Virus record (IMG/VR): IMGVR_UViG_3300042975_000096
Direction: 5' to 3' (one strand)
Source of the DNA: a virus
Lineage: Duplodnaviria; Caudoviricetes
Length of the DNA stretch: 64,000 nucleotides
A program made the position numbers and the translations under genes. The notes beneath the pieces are model-generated. The model was not told where the DNA came from. It was given only the letters and a program-made list of their open reading frames with translations, and made no database searches. Below, in pieces: positions 38,329 to 48,794 of the stretch (its first letter is position 1; each line of letters opens with the position of its first letter).

Positions 38329-39819
38329 ATGGCTCAAAAACTTATAAATCTGTTACAGATTAGCGGTGGTAAAAAATTGCAAGAAACCGTTCAAGCAATT
38401 GAAAAAAGCTATCCTGCTGATAAAGTAACAACAACAACTGCAAAAAAAGTTGCTGAAGGTCAAGACCCTGCTACATACACAGCACAAGAATTATTAACAG
38501 AATTGAAAAATTCTATGGATAAATTGACGGATGGTAGCAATGGCTCTATTTCTGACCAAATAAAAACAGCAAAAGAAGAAGTCGTTAAAATGGTTGATGA
38601 CATCAATAATAGAGAAATATTAGATAATGTAAGAATCTTTATTGATGAATATTCTTCAAAAGATGATGTAACTGTTGGTTCTTTAACTCAATCTGAATAC
38701 AACACGTTAAACGTTGAAGGAGCAGGTACAGTTGCAACAAAAGATGGAAAATTAATCACTTTATCACAAGAAGATTTGCAGAAATTCCAATTAGATACTC
38801 CTTATATTGTTTATTCTTTCCGCAATACTCCAATTTTAAATGAGTTCAAAAAGAATATAACTGCCACGTTTACAAAAGATGCAACTAGTGGAAAAATAAC
38901 CATTAAATTTAATGATGTTCCTGTAACATTTTCCACGACTAAAACAACTAAATCTATTGAGGGAGAAGAATCAACATTAGAGTCTGATTTAAGAACAATT
39001 TCTCTAACGCAACAATATTGGGATGATTCTGCATCTATTATTGTTAAAGATTCTACAGGTAAAATTATTGATGCTTCTGAATATTATGTTAAGTCATTGT
39101 CAGGAAAAATCATGTTTAAAAAAGAACAAGTAGCAGGTTCTAAATATACTGTTTCTTATTCTTATTTTGAATATTCTGAAACTGTTACAAAACAACCTTC
39201 ATTTACTGCTGAATTAGTCAAAGATGCCAGCGGAAATGTAACTAGTGCAAAACCATTATTATGGAAAATTTTTCCTGTTAAATCTATGAAATTCAGCGAG
39301 TTATCTTCTGATTACTTATTGGATAATAGTGAATTAAACCAAATTTCCATGCAAAATTCAATCAATGAATTAAGCGAAAAATTGACTAATGAAACGGATA
39401 TTGTTGAACAGATTGTAGCTAAAGTGGGTGAAGCTTCTATTCAGAATGCATTAACCACTATTACTAATGAATTATCAAAAAGATTAGACCAGGCTGAAAA
39501 AGCAATTAACGATTTAAAAAGTTATTTCTCAGAAACATTTAATCCAACAGATAAACAAACATTATTTAATTTATCTCACGTTCCTGCAAGTAAATTAGTT
39601 GACTGCTACATCAATGGAATAAAATACTTCGAGAACACGTATTTTACTATTGATAGAACAACTGTTGGTACTGATGGAAATAAAGGTTATAAACCTTCTC
39701 TTACATGGTTATTCACTTCTGATAAAGAAGGATTTGATTTGGGTCCAGATTTTGAAGTTGTGTTGGAATATCTTATTGATAATGACAAAGCTATGTATTC
39801 AGCCACAGCTAACTCTTAA
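38329..39819 (+). CDS. Putative virion structural protein
   Basis: RBS GAGGTG; baseplate/tail-type Y.V....GKI.F and FNLSHVP...INGI.Y modules; first gene of the plus-strand structural block. Confidence 0.65.
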   Translation: MAQKLINLLQISGGKKLQETVQAIEKSYPADKVTTTTAKKVAEGQDPATYTAQELLTELKNSMDKLTDGSNGSISDQIKTAKEEVVKMVDDINNREILDNVRIFIDEYSSKDDVTVGSLTQSEYNTLNVEGAGTVATKDGKLITLSQEDLQKFQLDTPYIVYSFRNTPILNEFKKNITATFTKDATSGKITIKFNDVPVTFSTTKTTKSIEGEESTLESDLRTISLTQQYWDDSASIIVKDSTGKIIDASEYYVKSLSGKIMFKKEQVAGSKYTVSYSYFEYSETVTKQPSFTAELVKDASGNVTSAKPLLWKIFPVKSMKFSELSSDYLLDNSELNQISMQNSINELSEKLTNETDIVEQIVAKVGEASIQNALTTITNELSKRLDQAEKAINDLKSYFSETFNPTDKQTLFNLSHVPASKLVDCYINGIKYFENTYFTIDRTTVGTDGNKGYKPSLTWLFTSDKEGFDLGPDFEVVLEYLIDNDKAMYSATANS

Positions 39820-39842
39820 TCAAAAAACGGATGTGATATATT

Positions 39843-40433
39843 ATGCCAAAACTGGTTAATGTAAACCAATTAGATAAAAACAGCATAGAGTACGCTTTCA
39901 ATTTGAATCAACGTACAGAAAAAATAGTCACATTCATATTTCCTTCACTTATTGAAGGTGCATTTGGGCCTTTATGTAAATTTCCTATTGGTGGAAAAAT
40001 AAAAAAAATAGAAGCATACTGTCAAGACGTTGCTTCTGTTGATACAATATTCACAATAGAAAAATCTACACAAGAACAAATAACAAAATTCACTTCTGAC
40101 GAACAACAATTAGTAGCTGATTTAACCAAATTAACAAATTCTCATACAGAACTTGTTGATGCAACTGATTCTAAAAAAACCAATTGTAAAGATAATTTAG
40201 TTACTAGTATGTTAGTTACTCCATGGAAAAAAATATTATCTTCTAATATTGTTATACCAAAAAATCAGAATTTTCAAAACAATACTTATGTGTTATCAGA
40301 TGATGTAGTTGCTGAAAATACAATATTTAGAATTAATTTTTTAGAAGTTGGATTTAAAAGTTCTAAAACGGCTCAAACAATTGCAAGCAATTTAACAATA
40401 CAAATAATTATCGAAACAAACGATAATTACTAA
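39843..40433 (+). CDS. Putative structural protein
   Basis: 196-aa ORF in the structural operon. Confidence 0.55.
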   Translation: MPKLVNVNQLDKNSIEYAFNLNQRTEKIVTFIFPSLIEGAFGPLCKFPIGGKIKKIEAYCQDVASVDTIFTIEKSTQEQITKFTSDEQQLVADLTKLTNSHTELVDATDSKKTNCKDNLVTSMLVTPWKKILSSNIVIPKNQNFQNNTYVLSDDVVAENTIFRINFLEVGFKSSKTAQTIASNLTIQIIIETNDNY

Positions 40434-40453
40434 TAAATGGATGGTGATATGTA

Positions 40454-40932
40454 ATGGCGGCTCCTATAGTAACATGGACAGACGCATCAGATGATGGAAC
40501 AGTCATTTCCGCTTGGAATATGGGTAAAGTAAACGCTGGCGAACATGCTGGTGAAAAAAATATTCATATTTGGAACAATAAGGGAAATAAAGATTCTGCA
40601 TTATCTGATATGCAAGACGTACAGGTAACAACAACCTCTCCTGATGATGGTGATACAACTGACGTTGTAAAAGACCATTGGATTCAAGTTCGTTGTAACT
40701 CTGTCGCAAAAGACGGCAAAGCAGATACTACGTTTTACGAAATCGGCGCAGACCAAACACATACCTTAACTGCTGAAGGATGTGCTGAAGGTGTAATTAG
40801 TGGTGCAGTAAATAACGGATTGGCAACAGATTTAACGAACTTTGCTTCAATTACATTGATTGTAAAGTTCCTGCAAACGCTCCTGCTGGTCCTCGTAAAT
40901 TGAATACTCGTATAATTTATTATTACACCTAA
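40454..40932 (+). CDS. Putative structural protein; C-terminus probably frameshifted near 40857
   Basis: WNMGKVNAG...IHIWNNKG; the -1 frame continues CKVPANAPAGPRKLNTRIIYYYT* to 40932. Confidence 0.55.
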
Positions 40933-40983
40933 TTTTCAAAAGATAATATTAATTTTAACCAATACAATGGGAAGGAATAAACT

Positions 40984-41595
40984 ATGGAAAAACAAATAAC
41001 ATTTGATAATGTCAGTCTGTTTTCTCCTATTACTACTCAACCATTCATTTGGATGGTTGAGTATTTTTCTAATATGGGATTAACAGAATTTGACTTAGAC
41101 ACAAAAGAAGAAAACAATTTTAATGACATTGATAAAACTAGAATTAATCGTTTTGGATTAATTGGTCGTGGAGCTAAATTATATTTTGACCACTTTGGGG
41201 GAACATTCCTTTTGTCAGGACAAAAATACGCAATTAAATTAAGAAGTAATGGCGTTGAATATGATTTAAATCCATACAACAATAATGTAAATGATATTAT
41301 TACCTATAAAAAGGCTACGGCAAATTTAATTGAAGGTGTTCGTGAAGCACAATCAATTATTTTAGGATATTTTTTTGGTTATAAAACTAAGTTGTGTATC
41401 AACGAAGTAAATTTTACACTCAAACCAATTATTTCATTATTGGCAGATAAACCTTTATTCTTAGATTTATCATTATCCGCTGATAAAGATATTGAAGGAC
41501 AAATTGTTTTTGTAAAAAATAATACAGAAGAATTTGTTTATAATATCTCATTAAAGAAAGGTGTTACCAATCGAAGTCATTGGGATATCGTATAA
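40984..41595 (+). CDS. Hypothetical protein of the structural block
   Basis: 203-aa ORF with RBS AAGGA. Confidence 0.6.
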   Translation: MEKQITFDNVSLFSPITTQPFIWMVEYFSNMGLTEFDLDTKEENNFNDIDKTRINRFGLIGRGAKLYFDHFGGTFLLSGQKYAIKLRSNGVEYDLNPYNNNVNDIITYKKATANLIEGVREAQSIILGYFFGYKTKLCINEVNFTLKPIISLLADKPLFLDLSLSADKDIEGQIVFVKNNTEEFVYNISLKKGVTNRSHWDIV

Positions 41596-41612
41596 AAAAG
41601 AGGTGAATCACA

Positions 41613-42338
41613 TTGGCAGATATAACCGCTTATCATTCTATTGATAATGTAGATTTTTCCGCTTCTAATTTATGGTACAAAAGTTTAGCAGATGTTCAAA
41701 TTTCAGTTTCATTACATCTTCAAGTAGACAAAAAAGTAACAATGAAAACTGAATTTAAATCAGCTAATGCTGTTGCAACAAAAAACGCAGATGGAAGTAT
41801 TTTATCGGATGGATTTGAAACCATTTCTACAGATACAACCAGCTTCAATACAAACAGAACAGCAACGATTCCATACACAAAATTACAAGTGGGAACAAAT
41901 ACTGTAAGAATTACAATTACAGACGAAGTTCCTCCTAGCGGACAAACTGGTGTTTCTGTTTTTACACATGATGTTGTTGTGGAAAACAGAGATTCTTTTA
42001 AAATTAATAGAAGTTATGATTTCGCAAAAGAATATTTAATTTCAGGCTCAGGCACAATCACTAATGCAAATGGATTTTCAGTTACAACGTCAAACGGTGT
42101 AAGAAAATCATTAGTCATTCCACGCAAATCAATTGAAATGGATGGTCGTGCCAAAATAAAAAGCATTAGCGTTATTGGTGATAAAGATACCATTGGCAAG
42201 TGTGAAAAAGATGTTACTGTTAATAAACAAGAAGATATGGGTGATTGCTATATGCAAACCATTCCATTCACTGATATATTAACATTTCAAAAAATCGATA
42301 AAGTACAAGCAATCAATGCAATTGATGCAACTAGATAA
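41613..42338 (+). CDS. Putative structural protein (Ig-like)
   Basis: TTG start with RBS GAGGTG; beta-rich, GTNTVRITITD. Confidence 0.55.
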   Translation: MADITAYHSIDNVDFSASNLWYKSLADVQISVSLHLQVDKKVTMKTEFKSANAVATKNADGSILSDGFETISTDTTSFNTNRTATIPYTKLQVGTNTVRITITDEVPPSGQTGVSVFTHDVVVENRDSFKINRSYDFAKEYLISGSGTITNANGFSVTTSNGVRKSLVIPRKSIEMDGRAKIKSISVIGDKDTIGKCEKDVTVNKQEDMGDCYMQTIPFTDILTFQKIDKVQAINAIDATR

Positions 42339-42353
42339 AGGTGGTGAATATTA

Positions 42354-43649
42354 ATGGCAGGTGGAGTTTTTGGTGGCGGTGATGGTTCTCAAAAATCACC
42401 ATTCTTAATAGAAGACGGTGCAGATTTATATCAAATGAGAAATCATCCTACCTCCTATTTTAAATTAATCTCAAACATTAATTTAGGTGAACCACCATAT
42501 AATGAAAAACGTGGCTGGGAACCAATTAATAGTTTCCGTGGGAGATTAGATGGAAATTATAAAAAAATATTTAATTTAACAATTACTAGACAGGATGAAG
42601 ATGATATTGGTCTTTTTAGTGTAATTGATGCAAATGCATGTGGAACATCAACACCATGTTATAATGTTTGTTTTGAAGAAACAAATATTATTGGTGGTAA
42701 TAATGTCGGTGCACTTTGCGGTAGATTTATTCATAATAATGACACATGGATTGGAAAAATTGATTTTTCAATCATTCAAAATTGTTATGTAGATGGAAAC
42801 ATTGAAGGTAAAAATAACGTTGGTGGATTTATTGGTAAAATCGATTCTTCAGCAAGTGCAACACAAAATAGACAATTGCCAATCGCAAGAGATTCTATTT
42901 CAAACTGTTCTTTAGCATTATCAAATGCAGATTCTACATTTATTGGTCAATTCGTTGGAATTATATCTGATAAATGGAACAATAGTTGCCAATACACACA
43001 TCCAAATTTTTACAACACATTGGCAACGGGCAGTATTTCTCCAAATTCAAAAACGCCAACAAAACCAGGTAATTACTTCTATGATTTGTATAATCAAGGC
43101 GTTTATACGAATTCTTATATGGATAATGCTCTTTGGGGATTTACAAATTTTGGAGATACTACACTTAAATGTATGGATACGTCTGAATTGAAATCAATCG
43201 CAAATCAAGCTGATTTTGCAACAATATTGAATGACGATAAGATTTCTCATAAATTCAGTTTATACGATGGGAGATATGTACAATTAGCATATCAAAGCCC
43301 TGATTATTTCTTCATTAAGGCTGACGATAATTTCTATACTTATGATTTTACAACTTCAAAATGGATTTTAAAATACAATCTAACTCCTTCTAGACAACAA
43401 GCAATTATCAACGGAATGCGAGCTTTACAGGATGTTCCACAAACAGCATGGGATTATTTCAAAACATTCCAAAATGTAAGTATAATTGATATTCTAGACA
43501 AAAAAGATAGTACACTTCAAACAACACAAGAAACAGAATTAGATATAGATGCTACACATACTAGTGACGATAATAAAAAAATGATTGTAAAACAAAAATT
43601 TTATTTTAACACTAGAATCGGTAATCTATCTAAATTGACAGGATGGTGA
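42354..43649 (+). CDS. GLUG-motif beta-helix adhesin/fibre paralogue 1
   Basis: FGGGDGSQKSPFLIEDGADL, F.G.LDGN.K.I.NL.I, IGLFS, NVGGFIG. Confidence 0.8.
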   Translation: MAGGVFGGGDGSQKSPFLIEDGADLYQMRNHPTSYFKLISNINLGEPPYNEKRGWEPINSFRGRLDGNYKKIFNLTITRQDEDDIGLFSVIDANACGTSTPCYNVCFEETNIIGGNNVGALCGRFIHNNDTWIGKIDFSIIQNCYVDGNIEGKNNVGGFIGKIDSSASATQNRQLPIARDSISNCSLALSNADSTFIGQFVGIISDKWNNSCQYTHPNFYNTLATGSISPNSKTPTKPGNYFYDLYNQGVYTNSYMDNALWGFTNFGDTTLKCMDTSELKSIANQADFATILNDDKISHKFSLYDGRYVQLAYQSPDYFFIKADDNFYTYDFTTSKWILKYNLTPSRQQAIINGMRALQDVPQTAWDYFKTFQNVSIIDILDKKDSTLQTTQETELDIDATHTSDDNKKMIVKQKFYFNTRIGNLSKLTGW

Positions 43650-43656
43650 TTCTATA

Positions 43657-44937
43657 ATGGCTAATGGTTACTTTGGTGGGGGAGATGGAACTCCTGCTAA
43701 TCCATTTTTAATTGAAGATGCTGATGATTTAAATTCAATCAGAAAACATTTAGGTAGTAGTTATAAAATAATAAATGATATAAATTTAGCTGATGGTAAA
43801 TACAATGTAGAACAAGGATGGAATCCTATTGATAATTTTACAGGAACGTTAGATGGACAAAATCATAAATTAATTAATTTATATATTAATCGTCCTGCAC
43901 AAGATAATGTAGGATTATTTGGTCATGTACATGCCAACAATACAATCACAGTCAATAATTTACAAATAATTGATTGTGATATAACAGGGCATAATCAAGT
44001 TGGTTCGCTATTGGGATATAATGAAAATCCTTCTTGGGAATTTAATAGCTCATATACAGTTAATAATGTTTATGTTAAAGGAAAAATAACTGGTAATGCA
44101 AATGTAAGTGGTTTGATTGGTTATATAGGCATTATTGGTATTAATGGGGAATATCTTGATAAAGAAATTCGCACTTCCTTTACAATTAATTTAAATAATA
44201 TTTTTTGCAATGTTAATATTTCAAGCAATGACAACATTGCTTATGGTATAACTAAAATTATCGCAAATCGAATATCTGGTAGCAATTGCAATAGTCAATG
44301 GAATTGTAATTGTGTAACACAAGCATCTATTACTTTTACTAACTGTTTTACTATTATGCATAAAAACGATAAGATTTTAACTTATTATGCAATTTGCAAT
44401 CCTGAAAACAATAACAACACATACGCTTGTTATACAGATAACACGGAAATTTCTCCTATTATTTATTCAGGAACAGATTATGCTAATCTTCAAAATATAA
44501 AATTTCAAAATGGTTGGCTTCCAAAAATAGACCCAACTTATTATAATAAACAAATTGCCAAACAACCTGAACCTGTATTGTTGAATTTAAATAACATCTA
44601 TGTATTCTTTAATAATGGATATTACACTTATGATTTATCAACAAAAACGTGGACAAGAAAATATACCACTTTAGATAACAACAATTCAAAGAAAATAATT
44701 CAAAATGGAATGAATAAATTGGATTTCAATCACATTCCACAAGAAGTTTGGGTTACATTGAGCAAACAATATTCAGAAATTAAAGTGGTTAATTGTATTA
44801 ATGCACATGATAAAATATTGTATCATGAAAGCAGAGTTACATTGCCAACATATACAACTTCTGAAAGCAAAAATATTGTAAAGAAAAAAATAAAATTCGA
44901 AGACTTTAATAATAATATTACGAAAATTATAAAATAA
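43657..44937 (+). CDS. GLUG-motif adhesin/fibre paralogue 2
   Basis: FGGGDGTPANPFLIEDADDL, FTGTLDGQNH, NVGLFG. Confidence 0.8.
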   Translation: MANGYFGGGDGTPANPFLIEDADDLNSIRKHLGSSYKIINDINLADGKYNVEQGWNPIDNFTGTLDGQNHKLINLYINRPAQDNVGLFGHVHANNTITVNNLQIIDCDITGHNQVGSLLGYNENPSWEFNSSYTVNNVYVKGKITGNANVSGLIGYIGIIGINGEYLDKEIRTSFTINLNNIFCNVNISSNDNIAYGITKIIANRISGSNCNSQWNCNCVTQASITFTNCFTIMHKNDKILTYYAICNPENNNNTYACYTDNTEISPIIYSGTDYANLQNIKFQNGWLPKIDPTYYNKQIAKQPEPVLLNLNNIYVFFNNGYYTYDLSTKTWTRKYTTLDNNNSKKIIQNGMNKLDFNHIPQEVWVTLSKQYSEIKVVNCINAHDKILYHESRVTLPTYTTSESKNIVKKKIKFEDFNNNITKIIK

Positions 44938-44952
44938 GGCAGGTGATTAGAT

Positions 44953-46245
44953 TTGAACGGTCACTTTGGTGGAGGAAAAGGAACGTTAGCAAACCCATAT
45001 CTTATTGAAGATATTTGGGATTTTGATAATATTCGCCATTTCCCTAATAAAAGTTTTAAATTAACAAAAAATATCAATTTCGCCACGCCCCCATTTAATG
45101 ATGGTTTTTTACCAATTGCTCATTTTGAGGGTCAATTAGATGGTGATGGACATAAATTAATGAATGTTTATATCAACAAATCTAATATGGATAATGTTGG
45201 CATATTCTCTCTCGTTGATTTTGCATTAACCAATTATCAAGATGTATCCATCAGACCACATATTTGCAATCTCGTTATTGAAAATGCAAATGTAATTGGA
45301 GGTAAAAGTTCCGCAGGAATTCTAATTGGAGCTATGAATTATCATTATAATTGGGGTGTTGCCAATTATGGAGAATATTTAAATAATATTTATGTTAGTG
45401 GTACAGTTAGTGGTTATAACTATAACGGAGCATTGATTGGATATTTATATTTTGAACATGACAATTGGCAAAACACTTTTGCTAAAAACATTCAATGCAA
45501 CGTTGTATTAAAACCACAATTAAATTTAACATATAATTCTCCGTTATTTGGTTACATTAAATCTAATGAACAATCATATATCAACACTATTGAATTAATA
45601 AAAGATTCATTTATTGAAGCTTCTATCGATGATTCATTAGTTACATTATCTATGAATAATTGTAGTTCTCACGTTAATTCAAATGCAGGACAAAATGATA
45701 CATATCATTATAGATGCAACAATGTTATTCTAAATCAGGATAAATGGAATGGAAAACATTCTACTTATATTAATGAAATGACTTATGCTGATATTTGTTT
45801 GGCTTATAAAATGAGTGGTTTTAAATCCAATATAACTGATATAAATAAATGGTATTTACGTTATAATATTGCCCCACAATTGTTAGAATTGAATAATAAT
45901 TTATATTTTGTATCTGCAAATAATAAATTTTATACTTATGATTCTGACAAAGATTTATTTAATCAGGTTTATATTTTCGATTATGAACAAGCCGTTGCTA
46001 ATAAAGGGATTACTAATTTATCTGATTTATCAGTTAATTTCTTTAAATCTGCACATAAAACATTCGGTGATTCATATAAGATTGTAAATATAATTGATAA
46101 AAATAATGGTGTTATATTAAATAATGATACTGAAATTGTTTTAACTAGAGATGCAACAAAAGATTATGATTCAAAATATGTTTATAGAAAAAAAGTAAGC
46201 TTTTCTACTATAACAGGTGATATTGATTCTATTGTCGATGAATAA
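44953..46245 (+). CDS. GLUG-motif adhesin/fibre paralogue 3
   Basis: FGGGKGTLANPYLIEDIWDF, FEGQLDGDGH. Confidence 0.8.
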   Translation: MNGHFGGGKGTLANPYLIEDIWDFDNIRHFPNKSFKLTKNINFATPPFNDGFLPIAHFEGQLDGDGHKLMNVYINKSNMDNVGIFSLVDFALTNYQDVSIRPHICNLVIENANVIGGKSSAGILIGAMNYHYNWGVANYGEYLNNIYVSGTVSGYNYNGALIGYLYFEHDNWQNTFAKNIQCNVVLKPQLNLTYNSPLFGYIKSNEQSYINTIELIKDSFIEASIDDSLVTLSMNNCSSHVNSNAGQNDTYHYRCNNVILNQDKWNGKHSTYINEMTYADICLAYKMSGFKSNITDINKWYLRYNIAPQLLELNNNLYFVSANNKFYTYDSDKDLFNQVYIFDYEQAVANKGITNLSDLSVNFFKSAHKTFGDSYKIVNIIDKNNGVILNNDTEIVLTRDATKDYDSKYVYRKKVSFSTITGDIDSIVDE

Positions 46246-46263
46246 TAATGGACGGTGATAATT

Positions 46264-47555
46264 TTGGCAAGTGGAAAATTTGGTGGCGGTAATGGTTCAG
46301 CTAGTACCCCATACTTAATAGAAGATGTAAAAGACTTAAATGCAATTCGTTTCTTCCCTGATAAATGTTTCAAATTAACGCAGAGCATTAATCTTAGCGT
46401 TTATCCTTATAATACAAATTCAGGTTGGCTTCCAATTGCAAACTTTTGTGGTCAATTAGATGGCGATGGTCACAAAATAATTAATTTGTACATTAATAGA
46501 CCTAATATTGATAACGTTGGATTTTTCTCTGTTATTTTCAAAAAAACGAACATTGATTTGGTTGTAAAGAATTTATACTTTGACAACGCTACAGTTTATG
46601 GAAATAATAATGTCGGCGTTGTGGCAGGAGCAATCAATATTCAAGAAACAGTTGCCCCACAAACGAACTATTTCTTTGAAAAATTAAAAATTACAGGCAC
46701 AATTAATGGTAGCAATCAAGTCGGTGCAGTATTAGGAAGAATTTATTGGGATGGAACTTTTGCATGGACTCCTAATTTCATTCTTAATTCAAGAACAACA
46801 GTTAAAGTTACTGTTAAGTCTTCTGGCGTTGACTATTCAGGATTGGTTGGATATGGTGCATTATCTAGAGGAACAATAAAAGTTTCTCACTTCATATCCG
46901 ATTGTAGTTTCAGTAACATTGTTGCTGGTGCTACCACAACCTTAAATCCAAATCATTGGACAAGAACTGATACAAATGGAATTACTTATGATAATTCGTT
47001 CTACAGTTCTGATACATGGACTTATGGAACAAAAACAAATAACAAAACAAATCAAGAATTATCCGTTGTTACTTTGGGTGATTTTGATAAACAAATAAAC
47101 CCTGACGGACTTTGGTTTGGAGTTTTAAAAAGAATGATAGAGTTGTAGACTTGAATCTCTTCTTATTCAAAAAGCATTTTATAAAAACTTCTAAGGGATA
47201 TTATATATATGACTTTGATAAATCACAATGGGTAAAGAAGTTTGATAAACCTTATACTCGTGAACAATTGATTGCTAACGCAATGGACAATGTAGATAAT
47301 ATTCCATTTAAAGGATGGGATGCATTAAAAGCATTACTTCCTTCAGGAGAAACTACTTTTGATTTGATTGACATAATTGAAGATTCTAATGGAACTACGT
47401 ATACAGAATCTATATTAAACATGGATTTGGATTCTACACATACGGCAGGTACAGATAAAAAATTATTCTCAAAAAAAATCACATTCGTTGATTCTAATGG
47501 CAAAAAATTATATGGCGATACAATTGTTCAAATTGATAAAGGAATTATAAAATAA
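46264..47555 (+). CDS. GLUG-motif adhesin/fibre paralogue 4, split by a -1 frameshift at about 47106-47130
   Basis: ORF 46255-47148 has the family N-terminus and ORF 47112-47555 the family C-terminus (YYIYDF....W, IP..GW..L, YGDTIVQI); joined length about 430 aa like its neighbours. Confidence 0.75.
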
Positions 47556-47569
47556 GAGGTGTTTTACTA

Positions 47570-48778
47570 ATGGCTAATGGAAAATTTGGTACTCCTACGG
47601 GAACAGGTACAGTTGGTACAGATGCAAATCCATACATTATTGAAGATGGATATGATTTAGCAGCAATCAAAAATGATTTGTCTGCATACTATAAATTGTC
47701 TAAATCTGTTGATTTAACAAAAATTTGTAACGAATCTGACGGAACAGGTTGGACTCCAATTGAAGGATTCAACGGGGTTCTTGATGGTAGTGGATTCATG
47801 ATTAAAAATCTTTTCATTAATCGCGTTGCTGATAATCAGGCTTTATTCTCCACTACTCGCGGAGCAACAATTATGAATATCGGTTTGATTGATGCAAATG
47901 TTACAGGTGGAACGAATAATACTTCATTATTCGTCGGAAATATGACTTCTTACGATGACGTTTTGAAGAACTGTTTCTCTACAGGCGTTGTTACTTCTGA
48001 TTCTAATGTAAGCGGATTGGTAGGTACGCTTAATGGCGGTACAATCAGAAATTGCTATTCTTTAGCTTCTGTTGTCTGCACGAATACATCTTCTTCTAAC
48101 GGTGCAGGATTGGTTGGTATTATGGCACTTTCACAATCCTCAATCATTAAAAGTTATTATAATGGCAAAATTACAGGCGCAACCAACTTTCAACCCTACG
48201 TTGCAACTAACACGGCTGGTGGTTCAATTAATGATTGCCATTACAACTCTGATAATGTCGCTCTTGCTGCCAAAGCTTCAGGCGCATTATCTCAATCTGA
48301 CATGCAAAATCCAGACAATTTCAAATCATGGACAGACGAATATTATAACTATGATAAAGCTGTTTGGGTGCTTCGTAATGGTTCTGTTCCTCAGTTATTT
48401 TATACAGAAGCTACTAAGTATTTCATCTCTATTGTTAAGGATACAAAAACAGTTTTCTTAACATTCAAAGATAATACTTGGACTACATTAATGAATGATG
48501 ATGGTTCTGCCGTTACATTCCCAACTGCTGAACAGTTTACACAGCATGGTATTACCGATAATGAATTATCTGCCATTTCTCGTTTCAAATGGAATGAATT
48601 AAGACAGTATAATGAATTCGAACTTATTGCTTCTACAGATAAATATATCATTGATAGACAGATTGAAACTAAGAAAATGGAGTTAACACAAGAATTAACT
48701 GATGCTTTAGTTTTGTCAACGACTATTGATTTTAGTAAATATGGAGATTCAATTAATCAGATTAAAATCACTCAATAA
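47570..48778 (+). CDS. GLUG-motif adhesin/fibre paralogue 5
   Basis: GTDANPYIIEDGYDL, FNGVLDGSG, VSGLVG. Confidence 0.8.
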   Translation: MANGKFGTPTGTGTVGTDANPYIIEDGYDLAAIKNDLSAYYKLSKSVDLTKICNESDGTGWTPIEGFNGVLDGSGFMIKNLFINRVADNQALFSTTRGATIMNIGLIDANVTGGTNNTSLFVGNMTSYDDVLKNCFSTGVVTSDSNVSGLVGTLNGGTIRNCYSLASVVCTNTSSSNGAGLVGIMALSQSSIIKSYYNGKITGATNFQPYVATNTAGGSINDCHYNSDNVALAAKASGALSQSDMQNPDNFKSWTDEYYNYDKAVWVLRNGSVPQLFYTEATKYFISIVKDTKTVFLTFKDNTWTTLMNDDGSAVTFPTAEQFTQHGITDNELSAISRFKWNELRQYNEFELIASTDKYIIDRQIETKKMELTQELTDALVLSTTIDFSKYGDSINQIKITQ

Positions 48779-48794
48779 AGGAAGGTGAATATTA

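Noticed and set aside
44396-44406. Self-match of the 16-nt spacer (TGCAATCCTGA)
   Set aside because: Only 11 nt, compatible with chance; no full self-targeting was noticed, though this was not searched exhaustively
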